A stretch of 64,000 nt of DNA from Candidatus Omnitrophota bacterium (GCA_015486615.1 WFRI01000090.1:1608-65607), one strand, 5' to 3'; numbered from the stretch's first letter, positions 50,820-61,443 are shown. Made by a program: numbers and translations. Notes: generated by a model from the sequence alone, not told the origin.

Positions 50820-51950
50820 ATGCCTAACAAGATATTAAAATCCAGTGCCCGGGTTCTGTCTGTTTTATTCTTTCTTTATACATTTTTAGTCAGCATCGGC
50901 CTTATGGCCGCGGCTTTTAAAGGCTTTGGCCGGGAATTTGCCGGGAATTTGCTGAATACTACCTCTAACCCTTTTGCCGGGCTTTTTATAGGTATTCTTG
51001 CTACAAGCATTGTCCAAAGTTCTTCAACTATAACTTCTATTGTTGTGGGTATGGTTGGCTCAGGAGTTATGACAATACCTAATGCTGTGCCTATTGTTAT
51101 GGGTGCTAATATAGGCACTACGGTTACCAACACTTTAGTGTCTCTGGGTCATGTAACCAGGCGGGAAGAATTCAGAAGAGCGGTAAGCGGGGCTACTGTC
51201 CATGATTTCTTTAACATAATGTGCGTATTAGTAATGTTTCCTTTGGAAATTACCACGCATTTTTTAAGCAAAGCCGCCTCTTTTATGAGCGGGTTGTTTG
51301 CTAATATTGGAGGCATAAAGTTTACCAGCCCTATTAAACTTGCGACTAAGCCGGCTGTCCATTGGTTAAAAGATGCAGTGTTAAAGATTTGCTCTTTTTC
51401 TGCGCATTTTGGCTATGGAGTAGTTTTGGGTTTTTCTGTAGTCCTGCTTTTTTTGTCTTTATATTTTATCGTCCGGATAATGCGGTCAGTTGTTGCTTCC
51501 CGGGCAGAGATTGTAATTAACAATGTAGTAGGCCAGGCCGGAGTTTTGGGAATCTTTGCGGGTTTTTTGTTTACGGTTTTTGTCCAAAGCAGTTCTATAA
51601 CTACCTCTTTACTTGTGCCTTTGGTTGCCGCAGGAATACTTACAGTAGAGACGATATTTCCGATTACTTTAGGTGCAAACATAGGCACAACAACTACAGC
51701 AATACTTGCCTCGTTTGCTACGGGAAATTTGTCCGCAGTAACAATAGCGTTTGTCCACTTCTTGTTTAATTTTATCGGAGTAATTTTTATTTACCCGTCT
51801 AAGTTCCTCAGAAATATTCCTATAAGCCTTGCGAAAGGCCTGGGTAATTTAGCTTTCAAAAAGAGGAGGATTGCCATCCTTTATGTGTTAAGCGTGTTTT
51901 TTTTACTGCCGTTTATATTGATTTTTATTTCCAATATGTTGAAGAAATGA
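50820..51950 (+). CDS. Na+/phosphate symporter (NptA/SLC34-like)
   Basis: Two QSSS repeats with GANIGTT. Confidence 0.93.
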   Translation: MPNKILKSSARVLSVLFFLYTFLVSIGLMAAAFKGFGREFAGNLLNTTSNPFAGLFIGILATSIVQSSSTITSIVVGMVGSGVMTIPNAVPIVMGANIGTTVTNTLVSLGHVTRREEFRRAVSGATVHDFFNIMCVLVMFPLEITTHFLSKAASFMSGLFANIGGIKFTSPIKLATKPAVHWLKDAVLKICSFSAHFGYGVVLGFSVVLLFLSLYFIVRIMRSVVASRAEIVINNVVGQAGVLGIFAGFLFTVFVQSSSITTSLLVPLVAAGILTVETIFPITLGANIGTTTTAILASFATGNLSAVTIAFVHFLFNFIGVIFIYPSKFLRNIPISLAKGLGNLAFKKRRIAILYVLSVFFLLPFILIFISNMLKK

Positions 51951-51980
51951 CGATAAAGGCTTTTAAATCAGGGGGCGGGT

Positions 51981-52658
51981 ATGTTTAAAAATCTCTTACA
52001 GTTTTGGAAAGGCAAAGATTTTTTAACGCAGGTTTTAGAGCAGTTTAAGCAAATGCTGGACGATTCTCAGATTATGTTTGAGGCGGTCTGCCGCCGGATT
52101 ATTGATAACCAAAAGGAAGAGGGTCTGGAAGAAAAGATTTACTCTATAGACAAGAGTATTAATGACCTGGAAAGGAATATCCGGAAAAGAATTATTGAAC
52201 ATCTTTCTGTTCAGCCCTCGGTAGATATGTCCACGTCTTTGCTCCTTATGAGCGTGGTAAAAGACGCTGAAAGGCTTGGGGATTATGCAAAAAATTTATC
52301 AGAGATATCCCGTCTTTTAACTGCGCCTTTAGATAAAGAGAAATATACCCGGTTGTTTGGTCATGCGGAGGATAAGATAAAAGCCTTGTTTGCCTGTGCG
52401 AAGGATGCTTTTATTGAGATTGATGAAAACAAAGCGTCTCAGGCGTGGGAATATGAAAGGGAAGTAGTGCGGCGCTGCGATTCGATTGTTGAGCATCTTG
52501 CCAAAAGCGATTTTTCAGTTAATGAGGCTGTATGTATGGCGCTTATGGCGAGGTATTTCAAGCGGATAGCCGCTCATCTTACTAACATCGCTACTTCAGT
52601 AGTTGTCCCTTTAAGCGACCTTGATTATTATAATGACAAAAGAGAGAAAAATCCTTAA
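51981..52658 (+). CDS. PhoU-domain protein
   Basis: D..IN.LE..IR, KDAERLGDYAKN, RIAAH..NI. Confidence 0.88.
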   Translation: MFKNLLQFWKGKDFLTQVLEQFKQMLDDSQIMFEAVCRRIIDNQKEEGLEEKIYSIDKSINDLERNIRKRIIEHLSVQPSVDMSTSLLLMSVVKDAERLGDYAKNLSEISRLLTAPLDKEKYTRLFGHAEDKIKALFACAKDAFIEIDENKASQAWEYEREVVRRCDSIVEHLAKSDFSVNEAVCMALMARYFKRIAAHLTNIATSVVVPLSDLDYYNDKREKNP

Positions 52659-52722
52659 AGACCTTTCTATTCAGCGCACAGGAGCGTTTTTTGCCTTTTG
52701 GCGGTTAGACAGTATTTGCTGT

Positions 52723-52817
52723 CAACCCTGAGCGGCCGAAGGAAAGTCCTGAGATTGTCAAAGGACAAAGTCGAAAGGTTGATTTATCCTAATAATTCCC
52801 TGCGGCTTGCCGCAGGG
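52723..52817. repeat. Nested REP-like palindromes and a GC-rich palindrome
   Basis: CAACCCTGAGC...GTCGAAAGGTTG encloses GTCCTGAG-ATT-GTCAAAGGAC; then CCCTGCGGCTTGCCGCAGGG. Confidence 0.6.
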
Positions 52818-52889
52818 TTTTCATTTTATTGGTGGATACCGGGCGTTCGTTCAGAAAGAGCGCTCAGAAAAAAAGAAGTCAGGTAAATA

Positions 52890-53603
52890 ATGCTGTCCAT
52901 AAAAAACCTTTCAGTTAAAGCCGGCAAAAACTTAATTCTTCAGAATATAAATTTAGATATCGGTAAAAATGAGGTTATGGTTTTATTCGGGCCTAATGGC
53001 AGCGGCAAGTCTACGCTTTTACGGAGCATTATGGGATTTAACGGGTATCAGATTGTTTCCGGAGGGATTATTTTTAAAGGCCGGCCTTTGAAAAACCTTT
53101 CTGTTGAAACCCGGGTAAAACAGGGATTAGGAATTATGTATCAGTCTCCGCCAAAAATAAGAGGAGTGAAATTGTCCCAGATTGCAGATTTTCTCTGTCC
53201 GGATAAAGCCAAGATTTGTAAGTTAGCGGAAATATTGGCGTTAACCCAGCACTTATCCCGGGATATAAACGTTGATTTTTCCGGCGGGGAGATGAAGCGG
53301 GCAGAGATATTCCAGTTAATTCTGCAAAATCCTGATATGCTGCTTTTAGACGAGCCTGAGTCTGGAGTTGATTTAGAAAATATTTCCCTTATGGGCGGGG
53401 TTTTGAATGGCTTCTTGCAGCAAGAAGGCAAGTCTGCTTTGATTATTACCCATACTGGTTATATTTTAGACTATGTTCCGGCAGAAAAAGGCTGTATAAT
53501 GCTGGATGGGAAGATTTGGTGTTTAGGAAGCCCTAAAGAAATGTTTGAGAATATCCGGTCAAAAGGTTATGAAAAATGCAGGGAGTGCACCTTTCGTGGA
53601 TAA
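52890..53603 (+). CDS. sufC: SufC/SmsC-like Fe-S assembly ATPase
   Basis: GPNGSGKST, FSGGEMKR, LDEPESGVD, C-terminal CREC. Confidence 0.9.
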   Translation: MLSIKNLSVKAGKNLILQNINLDIGKNEVMVLFGPNGSGKSTLLRSIMGFNGYQIVSGGIIFKGRPLKNLSVETRVKQGLGIMYQSPPKIRGVKLSQIADFLCPDKAKICKLAEILALTQHLSRDINVDFSGGEMKRAEIFQLILQNPDMLLLDEPESGVDLENISLMGGVLNGFLQQEGKSALIITHTGYILDYVPAEKGCIMLDGKIWCLGSPKEMFENIRSKGYEKCRECTFRG

Positions 53604-54687
53604 AAGATTAAACGTTTCCGCTTCTGATAAGGATAAAATAATTTCTGCGGGGATAGACTGGTCGCAGGAGCAGCGTTCCGGAAGTTTTTTTCAGCAGGGC
53701 GCAGACGTTTTGTTTTCACAGTCCTTTACTAAAGAGGCGGAAATTTTAAGTACGGACCGGGCTTTGGAGAAATTCCCGGAAGTTAGAAAATATAAAGGCC
53801 GGGCGTTTTCTTTAATCAGCAAAAGCATTCCCGGAGATACCCAAGGCGGGTATTTTATCCGAGTGAGAAAAGGCCGGACAGTGGAATTGCCTATACAGGC
53901 CTGTTTATTTATTAAAAGTAAAAAGACCCGGCAGAGGGTTCACAACATAATTATTGTTGAAGAAGGAGCAAGGGTTTACATTATTACCGGATGCGCTTCG
54001 GCTGAATCTGCCGATAAAAGTTTTCATTTAGGGCTGTCCGAGTTTTTTGTAGAAAAGGGCGGGTATTTGAATTTTACTATGATTCATTCCTGGAAGGATG
54101 ACACAGTTGCCCGGCCTGTAAGTGCGGCTGTTTTGGAAGAAGGGGCGTCTTTTGTGTCTAACTACATTTGCCTAAAGCCAGTTAGGGAAATTAAAATGTA
54201 TCCCGTTGCTGTTATTCAGGGCAGGGGCGCCCGGGCAAGTTTTAATTCTTTATTAATGGCTCATCCCGGCTCAGTGCAGGATGTCGGTGCCAGAGTTATT
54301 TTTCGGCGGGCCGGCCGCGCCGAAATTATTTCCCGGGCAGTAAGTTTAGGCGGCAGAATAATAGCCCGCGGCCATTTGAAAGCAGAAGCGGAAAAAGTCA
54401 GGGCTCATTTGGAATGCCGGGGTTTGGTTCTGGCAAAAAAAGGCGTAATTCACGCTGTCCCGGAGCTGGAGACAGAGTTTCAGAATGTAGATTTGTCTCA
54501 TGAGGCTGCCATTGGAAAAATAAGCCGTGAAGAAATAGAATACCTTTGTTCCCGAGGGCTTTCACAGCAACAGGCTCAGTCAGTAATTATCCGCGGTTTT
54601 ATGGATATAGAGATTTTGTCCCTTCCGGAAATTATTAAACAGCAAATCCGGGATTTGGAAAATACTAACTTTCAGGGCTCTCTTTGA
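53569..54687 (+). CDS. SufB/SmsB-like Fe-S scaffold (start uncertain)
   Basis: P.QAC, HNIIIVEE, HLECRGL, SHEAAIGKI, I.RGF. Confidence 0.88.
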   Translation: MKNAGSAPFVDKRLNVSASDKDKIISAGIDWSQEQRSGSFFQQGADVLFSQSFTKEAEILSTDRALEKFPEVRKYKGRAFSLISKSIPGDTQGGYFIRVRKGRTVELPIQACLFIKSKKTRQRVHNIIIVEEGARVYIITGCASAESADKSFHLGLSEFFVEKGGYLNFTMIHSWKDDTVARPVSAAVLEEGASFVSNYICLKPVREIKMYPVAVIQGRGARASFNSLLMAHPGSVQDVGARVIFRRAGRAEIISRAVSLGGRIIARGHLKAEAEKVRAHLECRGLVLAKKGVIHAVPELETEFQNVDLSHEAAIGKISREEIEYLCSRGLSQQQAQSVIIRGFMDIEILSLPEIIKQQIRDLENTNFQGSL

Positions 54688-54949
54688 TTTTAGCATTCCT
54701 TCTAACTTATCAACTTAAATTTAAACTGGTGCCTGTTGTTTTGGTGGCTATGTGTTCTTAGTCTCAACCTAAACCTTCACCTCGACCTTGACTCGCTCCT
54801 ATGGCCTTGAGCCTATATCTTTAACCTGTGCAACTTTTTGAGACAGTCTCATTTTGTCGCAGAACATTTTTTCTGGCGGAATCCGGTTTTTTCTGTATAA
54901 TAAAATCAGCATATTTTTATGTAAGTATTGCTTAAAAGCAAGGAGGTGT

Positions 54950-56572
54950 ATGGAAAGGTTGTTACGAGCTGTTATTTTTGATTTAGACGGGGTTGTTACC
55001 AAAACTGCTATTGTGCATTTTTATGCATGGAAAGCCGTTTTTGAGGAATATTTGCGCTTGCGGGAAAAGGAAGGCCGCGGGCCTTTCCGGGAATTTACTC
55101 ACGAAAAAGATTATCTGCCTTATGTTGACGGCAAGCCCCGCTATGAAGGAGTAAAAAGTTTTCTTGAGTCGCGTAATATCCGTCTGCCTTTTGGCAGTCC
55201 TTCAGACCCTCCGGATAAAGAAACAGTTTGCGGAATAGGCAACAGGAAGAATATCCAGTTTAGAAAAGTCCTGCAGGAAAAAGGTGTGGAAGTTTACCCT
55301 TCTACTGTTGAGTTTATCAGAAAATTAAAAGAAAAAGGGATAAAAATCGGGGTTGCCTCTTCTTCTAAAAACTGCCGGTATATTCTTCAGGCCGCCGGAA
55401 TAGAAGACTTATTTGAGACCCGGGTTGATGGGGTTGTATCAGTTGAACTGGGGCTTAAAGGTAAACCTGAAGGCGATATTTTTGTCCGGGCAGCGTTTAA
55501 TTTGGGGGTTTTGCCTAAGAACGCTGTGGTTGTAGAAGATGCTGCTTCCGGAGTAGAAGCAGGCAGAAACGGAGGTTTTGGCCTGGTTTTGGGCGTTGCC
55601 CGTAAAGGCAATGAAGACTCTCTGTTTAAACATTATGCAGATGTTGTGGTGCGGGATTTGGCTGATATTGACATTGCCTGGATTGAGAATTGGTTTTTAA
55701 AAGAACCTGCTGATTTTTTTGAATATTGGCAAAAAACCCCCGGTAGTATATCTATCTATGGCAGGGAAGTTTCTCTATCTGAGAGAGTTAAGGTTAACCC
55801 TGCTTATTTCAAGCGAACCAGCGAAGTATTTTCTTCTTCGGCAAAACCCGTATTCTTCTTAGATTATGACGGGACGTTGACTCCCATAGTTTCCCGGCCG
55901 GAATTGGCTGTTTTGTCTTCAGAGATGAAAGATATTCTTAAACATCTGTGCAAAAAATATCCCGTGGCTATAGTCAGCGGCAGGGCGAGGCCGGATGTGG
56001 AGAATTTAGCCGGCATTGAGGGCATTTTTTATGCCGGCAGCCACGGTTTTGATATTAAAGGTCCGGAAGTTTCTTTAATTCATCCGGATGCTGAGAAGAT
56101 AATACCTTTGATCCGGCAGGTGGTGAGTGAAGTTAACCCGGCTGTATCCGGCATAGAGGGAGTAATTATTGAGGAAAAGCAATTTAGCCTTGCTGTGCAT
56201 TACCGCCTGGTAAAAAATCCTGAAGATTTTAGCCGAATAAAAACAGCAGTAGAAACCGCTGTTGCCGGGAAGAAAGAACTGCGGCTTATGCAGGGCAAAA
56301 AAGTTTACGAGATTCTTCCTAATGTGGATTGGAATAAAGGCAAGGCTGTGTGCTGGATAATGCAGGCGTTGAATTTGTCCTGGGACAATGATTTGATTGT
56401 GTATATCGGCGATGATACTACGGACGAAGACGCTTTTAGGATTGTGCGCTGCAGAGGTGTGGGGATTTTGGTGGCAGAAGAAATTAGGCCTTCCTGTGCT
56501 GATTTTTGGGTCAGATCTCCGGATGAAATAGGAAAGATTTTTAAAGCGGTCTTAAACAATAATAATGGCTGA
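54950..56572 (+). CDS. otsB: Beta-phosphoglucomutase-like HAD fused to trehalose-6-phosphate phosphatase
   Basis: FDLDGVVT and VVEDA (HAD 1); LDYDGTL, SGR, GSHG, KG.A, GDDTTDEDAF (OtsB). Confidence 0.88.
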   Translation: MERLLRAVIFDLDGVVTKTAIVHFYAWKAVFEEYLRLREKEGRGPFREFTHEKDYLPYVDGKPRYEGVKSFLESRNIRLPFGSPSDPPDKETVCGIGNRKNIQFRKVLQEKGVEVYPSTVEFIRKLKEKGIKIGVASSSKNCRYILQAAGIEDLFETRVDGVVSVELGLKGKPEGDIFVRAAFNLGVLPKNAVVVEDAASGVEAGRNGGFGLVLGVARKGNEDSLFKHYADVVVRDLADIDIAWIENWFLKEPADFFEYWQKTPGSISIYGREVSLSERVKVNPAYFKRTSEVFSSSAKPVFFLDYDGTLTPIVSRPELAVLSSEMKDILKHLCKKYPVAIVSGRARPDVENLAGIEGIFYAGSHGFDIKGPEVSLIHPDAEKIIPLIRQVVSEVNPAVSGIEGVIIEEKQFSLAVHYRLVKNPEDFSRIKTAVETAVAGKKELRLMQGKKVYEILPNVDWNKGKAVCWIMQALNLSWDNDLIVYIGDDTTDEDAFRIVRCRGVGILVAEEIRPSCADFWVRSPDEIGKIFKAVLNNNNG

Positions 56573-58976
56573 CCATTTTTCCTGGAAACTTACTTATTAC
56601 GGATTTGACCCTTCAGAAGAAGGCTTAAGAGAGGCTTTATGCACTTTAGCCAACGGTTATATGGGGGTGCGGGGCGCTGCCTACGAGTCTGCGGCTTCAA
56701 AGATACATTACCCTGCTGTTTATATCGCAGGAGTATATAATAAACTGGCTACGCATATTGCCGGCAAAATAGTTTACAATGAAGATTTAGTCAATTGTCC
56801 TAATTGGACTTTTATCCGTTTTAAGGCCGGTGAGGGGGAATATATTTGCCCTTCTTCAACCCGTCTGCTTATGTACCGCCAGGAATTGAATATGTTAGAA
56901 GGAGTTTTATCGCGAAGGGTCCGGGTTCAAGACAAACACGGCCGCAGGACATTAATAGAAACTCAGCGTATAGTCAGTATGGCCAGTCCCCATTTAGCGG
57001 CCCTCAGGTATGTGATTACTCCGGAAAATTACAACGGCTGGATAACTGTCCAGTCTTTGCTGGACGGAGCAGTTATTAACTCCGGAGTAGAAAGGTATAG
57101 ACAGTTAAATTCCAAACACCTTGTTCCGGTATCTTTGGGGAATTTCAGCAAGAACGGGATATACTTAATAGTCAGGACTAACCAGTCAAAAATTGAGGTT
57201 GCTCAGTCTGCGCGGCTGAGGGTGTTTGTTGAAGGAGAAGAAAAGAAACCTTCTATCCATACTATTACCCGCGGCAGGGAGAGAATAGAACAGAGTTTTA
57301 AGATGTTTGTGGTCAAAGGCCGTTCTTATGCTGTAGAGAAAACAGTGGCTGTTTATACCAGCCGGGACAAAGGTATAAAATCTCCGGCGAATTCGTCTAT
57401 AGGAGACTTAAAGAAACCTCAACGGTTTATTAATATTTACAAAGAGCATATTTCTGCATGGGAAGACTTATGGCGCAAAGCCGATATAAAAATAGACGGT
57501 GATATTTTTGCCCAGAAGGCGGTGCGTCTGCATATTTTTCACATTTTGCAGACTGCCTCGCCGCATATTAGCCAAATAGATGCAGGTTTTCCTGCCCGGG
57601 GCCTGCATGGCGAGGCATACCGCGGCCATATTTTCTGGGATGAAGTTTACGCTATGCCGTTTTTTGACTACCATTTTCCGGAAATAAGTAAAGCGTTGCT
57701 ATTATATAGGTATAGGCGGCTGGTTAAAGCGCGGCAATATGCCCGTAAAAACGGGTATAAAGGTGCAATGTTTCCCTGGCAAAGTGCCTCAACCGGCGAA
57801 GAAGAGACCCAGATTCTTCACCTTAACCCGCTTTCCGGGGAATGGGGTCCGGATTACAGCCGTTACCAAAGACATGTTTCTTTTGCTATTGCTTATAATG
57901 TCTGGCAGTATTATTTTCATACTGAGGACAAAGATTTCCTCTGCCAATACGGCGCAGAAATGCTTTTATCAATTGCCAGATTCGCTGCCAGTTTGACTAT
58001 CTATGATCCAAAAACCAGCCGCTATCATACAGAAAAAGTTATGGGGCCTGATGAATTCCACGAAAAATATCCGGATTCAGAAACCCCTGGCCTAAAGGAC
58101 AATACTTATACCAATCTTTTAATAGTCTGGGTTTTACTGAAAGCCATGCAGGCCTTAAATATTATTCCAGATTCTTGCAAGAATAAACTTTTAAGAAAAT
58201 TAAATATCTCCCCGCAGGATTTAAGCCTTTGGCAGGATATAACTTATAAAATGAATATTCTTATTGATGAAAAAGGCATAATTGCTCAATTTCAGGGGTA
58301 TTTTGATTTGAAGGAACTGGACTGGAATAAATACCGCCAGCGCTATGAAAAGATAGAAAGGATGGACAGGATCCTTAAGGCTGAAGGTAAATCTCCGGAT
58401 GAATATAAGGTTTCCAAACAAGCAGATGCTTTAATGATTTTCTACCTGCTGCCTTTAAATGAAGTTCGGGATATTTTCAGGCGGCTGGGTTATTATTTAG
58501 ATAAGGATATTTTGAAAAGGAATTACGAGTATTATGTAAAAAGGACATCTCACGGTTCAAGTTTGAGCAAGGTTGTGCATTGCTACCTTGCGCAAATCCT
58601 TAAACGGCCCAAAGAAACTATAAAATGGCTTTTAGAAGTTTTACAGTCAGATATGTTTGATACCCAAGGCGGCACAACCCCTGAAGGTATTCATTCCGGG
58701 GTTATGGCTGGCTCTTTGGATATTATCAGCCGGGGGGTTGCCGGAATACAGGTTTTGGAAGACAGAATTAAAATAGAGCCGTTTTTGCCTAGGAAGTGGC
58801 AGGGTGTAAGTTTGAAGTTTTGTTATAAAGGCAGGTGGTTTTTTGTTTCTGTGCGGCATAAGCATATTAGCCTGTTTATCCAGGGCCGGCGCTATGAATT
58901 ATACAACATTCCTATATGGATAAACAACCGCCTGCATTATTTACTGCAGGGCAAAAGGTATAATTTTACCTATTAA
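56565..58976 (+). CDS. GH65 family phosphorylase/hydrolase
   Basis: NGYMGVRG, GLHGEAYRGHIFWDE, GPDEFHE, KQAD, HGSSLS. Confidence 0.93.
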   Translation: MADHFSWKLTYYGFDPSEEGLREALCTLANGYMGVRGAAYESAASKIHYPAVYIAGVYNKLATHIAGKIVYNEDLVNCPNWTFIRFKAGEGEYICPSSTRLLMYRQELNMLEGVLSRRVRVQDKHGRRTLIETQRIVSMASPHLAALRYVITPENYNGWITVQSLLDGAVINSGVERYRQLNSKHLVPVSLGNFSKNGIYLIVRTNQSKIEVAQSARLRVFVEGEEKKPSIHTITRGRERIEQSFKMFVVKGRSYAVEKTVAVYTSRDKGIKSPANSSIGDLKKPQRFINIYKEHISAWEDLWRKADIKIDGDIFAQKAVRLHIFHILQTASPHISQIDAGFPARGLHGEAYRGHIFWDEVYAMPFFDYHFPEISKALLLYRYRRLVKARQYARKNGYKGAMFPWQSASTGEEETQILHLNPLSGEWGPDYSRYQRHVSFAIAYNVWQYYFHTEDKDFLCQYGAEMLLSIARFAASLTIYDPKTSRYHTEKVMGPDEFHEKYPDSETPGLKDNTYTNLLIVWVLLKAMQALNIIPDSCKNKLLRKLNISPQDLSLWQDITYKMNILIDEKGIIAQFQGYFDLKELDWNKYRQRYEKIERMDRILKAEGKSPDEYKVSKQADALMIFYLLPLNEVRDIFRRLGYYLDKDILKRNYEYYVKRTSHGSSLSKVVHCYLAQILKRPKETIKWLLEVLQSDMFDTQGGTTPEGIHSGVMAGSLDIISRGVAGIQVLEDRIKIEPFLPRKWQGVSLKFCYKGRWFFVSVRHKHISLFIQGRRYELYNIPIWINNRLHYLLQGKRYNFTY

Positions 58977-58980
58977 TTTA

Positions 58981-59379
58981 ATGGCAGGGCTGAGGAATAT
59001 ATTTAAAGCAGTTTTACTGCTGGTTTTGATTTTGCCGTGCCCGGCTTATTCCCAGCCGGCCGGCAAAATTGACATCCTGCCGGATTTCCAAAATAATATA
59101 CTGCATATAAAAATAAAACATTTAACCAGCAACCCTTTCAGGTATTATATAAGAATGGTAGATATTATTATTGACGATTTGCCTATGATAAGAAAGTTTT
59201 ACCTCAGCCAGCCAATAACCCGCGGCGGGTATGTTTATATAGATATACCGGTGGATAAATTAAGCCGGCATAAAACAGTTATTATCAAAGCCTATCCTAA
59301 ACAGGGAGTTATGAAAGAAAAAACCTTTAACCTGGACGATTTTAAAAAGTCCGGGCAGAAACCAGAGGAGGCAAAATGA
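58981..59379 (+). CDS. Small exported beta-rich protein
   Basis: Signal peptide; alternating hydrophobic strands. Confidence 0.7.
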   Translation: MAGLRNIFKAVLLLVLILPCPAYSQPAGKIDILPDFQNNILHIKIKHLTSNPFRYYIRMVDIIIDDLPMIRKFYLSQPITRGGYVYIDIPVDKLSRHKTVIIKAYPKQGVMKEKTFNLDDFKKSGQKPEEAK

Positions 59380-61400
59380 AAAAGGTTATAGGTATTTTGC
59401 TGGCTGTTGTTGTTACTGCGGCGGGAGTTTTGTATTTTATTTCCCAAAAAAAAGAAAAAGATATTGCGTCTCTGCTCCCGGAGAGTACTTTTATGTTTAT
59501 CAATTTTAAAGCCCATACCCCGGAAGAAGCGGCTGGTTATACCCGGAAAATAAAAGATTTCCAGTCAGCATTGCAGGATATAGACTGGGAGACTTTGGCA
59601 GAAAAATTTATAACTGACCAGCGGACCCGGGCCCAGTTTGATGCCTTTAAAGAAAAAGCCGGGCAGTTATGGGATACATTGCGGCTGTCATCTTTATTTA
59701 AAAGCATAACACTCTTAGGCCAGATAACTGTAGCAAGGAATACTTTTACTAGCCTTTTAGAATTATTGAATGCGCAGTTGGAGAATTTGTTTTTGGTTAT
59801 AGAGGATACCGATGGGGACATAATAAATAAAATAGCCAAAAATGCAGAGACGGAGTTTAACTTAAAGTTAAGTATTTCAAACATCCGATACCGGGGCCGG
59901 AAAATAGTCAGTTTGGGCATATCCGGCAGAGATTTAGGGTATAAGTTGTATTATGCCAGCCTAGGCAAATTTACTGTGGCAGGTTTGAGCCGGGATGTTA
60001 TTGAGAAGTTTATAGATGTGTCTGCCGGCAGGAGAAAGTCTTTACTGGCATCCCGGGACTACCTTCTTGCTAAGGATAAAATTAAAAAGAATGGCAAGGG
60101 CTGGCAGGTAGTTGGGTATGTAAGCGGCCATGGTCTTTATGGACAGGCCAATATTTTTGAACAGATGCTGACTGCTGGTATTCCGGAAAAACAGGCTGAG
60201 GCTGTTGATGAGCAACTAAAGACTGTTAACGGGTTTCTCCGCGGAATTAACGCTATAGCCAGCGGGATTTTTTTGGGGGATAATGAGATTAAACAGAGGA
60301 CCTATCTACTTTTTGACCAGGATAAGTTTTCTACTCAGGTAAGGGACGATATTTCCAATGAAATATTTTCTCTTTCCGGAAATCCCCAATTTGTTAAATA
60401 TTTGCCGCAGGATTTTATTGTCTGCTATTGGACGAAATTAAGGAGTTTATCTAAAATCTGGAACGATATGGCTGAACAGATGAGTAAAGAATCCGGCAAA
60501 TCCGCTGCTGAAATAGAGAATGACATTAAGACACAAACAGGTCTTAGCGTGCAGGATGTAATTTCTGCTTTTGGCAATGAGACCGCAGTATTTTTAGAAG
60601 ATGTGAATATATCTATGTTTCCTTTGCCTAAAGTAGCGGTTTTTATTAAAATTAAAGACAGGGCTTCAGCGGAAAATATAGTCCAGTCTCTTTTGCGCCA
60701 TCTGCCTCAAAATGTTCTTGCGAAAAAGACATATAAGAATACAAATGTATCCTTAATAAGCATAGGCCCTGTCCAGATTAGCGTATGTTTTATGAAAGAT
60801 TTCTTGGTAATAGGTTTGCCTGTAGATACTATAAGGGACATTATAGATATATCTGAAGGTAAAAATCCCGCTGTTTTATCTGCAGTAAAGTCTGCTTCTG
60901 TAAAGGCCGCTCTTGTTGACAAACGGAATCTTAATTTTATTTTGGTAAACGGACAGGAGTTATTAGATAAAATAGAAGACATTGTTAACTGGGGGTCTGG
61001 TACATACTCAGCATTTTTTGCCAAAAGCCAGAATTTTAAAAAGGAATATTTAGAAAAACTCAACGCGCAAAAATCCGCATTAGAGGATGAATTGGCTGGC
61101 ATTGAGAAACAGAAAGGTGAAATTACCTCCCGGGAAGGAGGTGCTGAGAGTCCGGAATACCAGCAGGCGGATAAACATGAGCGGGATATAAAACAACAGT
61201 TAAACCAGATAAACGGGAAGATGGCGGAAATTAGCAAGCCTTCAACCGTTGTCTTAACTCCTCAATTGGTAAGGGCGGCTGTTAATAATTTGGTTTCTCC
61301 TTTTATAGATGCTTTAAGATACATAACCGGAGTTTCGCTGAACAGGGTTTTTGTAGAAAAAGACTGCTTTGTCAGTGAAAATATAGTGAGTTATAAATAA
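59376..61400 (+). CDS. Membrane-anchored exported protein (DUF3352-like) with coiled-coil insert
   Basis: N-terminal anchor, two repeated alpha/beta halves (LLPEST, YLPQD), coiled coil near the C-terminus. Confidence 0.7.
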   Translation: MKKVIGILLAVVVTAAGVLYFISQKKEKDIASLLPESTFMFINFKAHTPEEAAGYTRKIKDFQSALQDIDWETLAEKFITDQRTRAQFDAFKEKAGQLWDTLRLSSLFKSITLLGQITVARNTFTSLLELLNAQLENLFLVIEDTDGDIINKIAKNAETEFNLKLSISNIRYRGRKIVSLGISGRDLGYKLYYASLGKFTVAGLSRDVIEKFIDVSAGRRKSLLASRDYLLAKDKIKKNGKGWQVVGYVSGHGLYGQANIFEQMLTAGIPEKQAEAVDEQLKTVNGFLRGINAIASGIFLGDNEIKQRTYLLFDQDKFSTQVRDDISNEIFSLSGNPQFVKYLPQDFIVCYWTKLRSLSKIWNDMAEQMSKESGKSAAEIENDIKTQTGLSVQDVISAFGNETAVFLEDVNISMFPLPKVAVFIKIKDRASAENIVQSLLRHLPQNVLAKKTYKNTNVSLISIGPVQISVCFMKDFLVIGLPVDTIRDIIDISEGKNPAVLSAVKSASVKAALVDKRNLNFILVNGQELLDKIEDIVNWGSGTYSAFFAKSQNFKKEYLEKLNAQKSALEDELAGIEKQKGEITSREGGAESPEYQQADKHERDIKQQLNQINGKMAEISKPSTVVLTPQLVRAAVNNLVSPFIDALRYITGVSLNRVFVEKDCFVSENIVSYK

Positions 61401-61443
61401 CTCCGTAAATCTTTGCCACGGGGCAGGCCCCCCTACTACTACT

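Noticed and set aside
52698-52886. 62-aa ORF upstream of sufC
   Set aside because: It is made of palindromic repeats with a TTG start and no protein features
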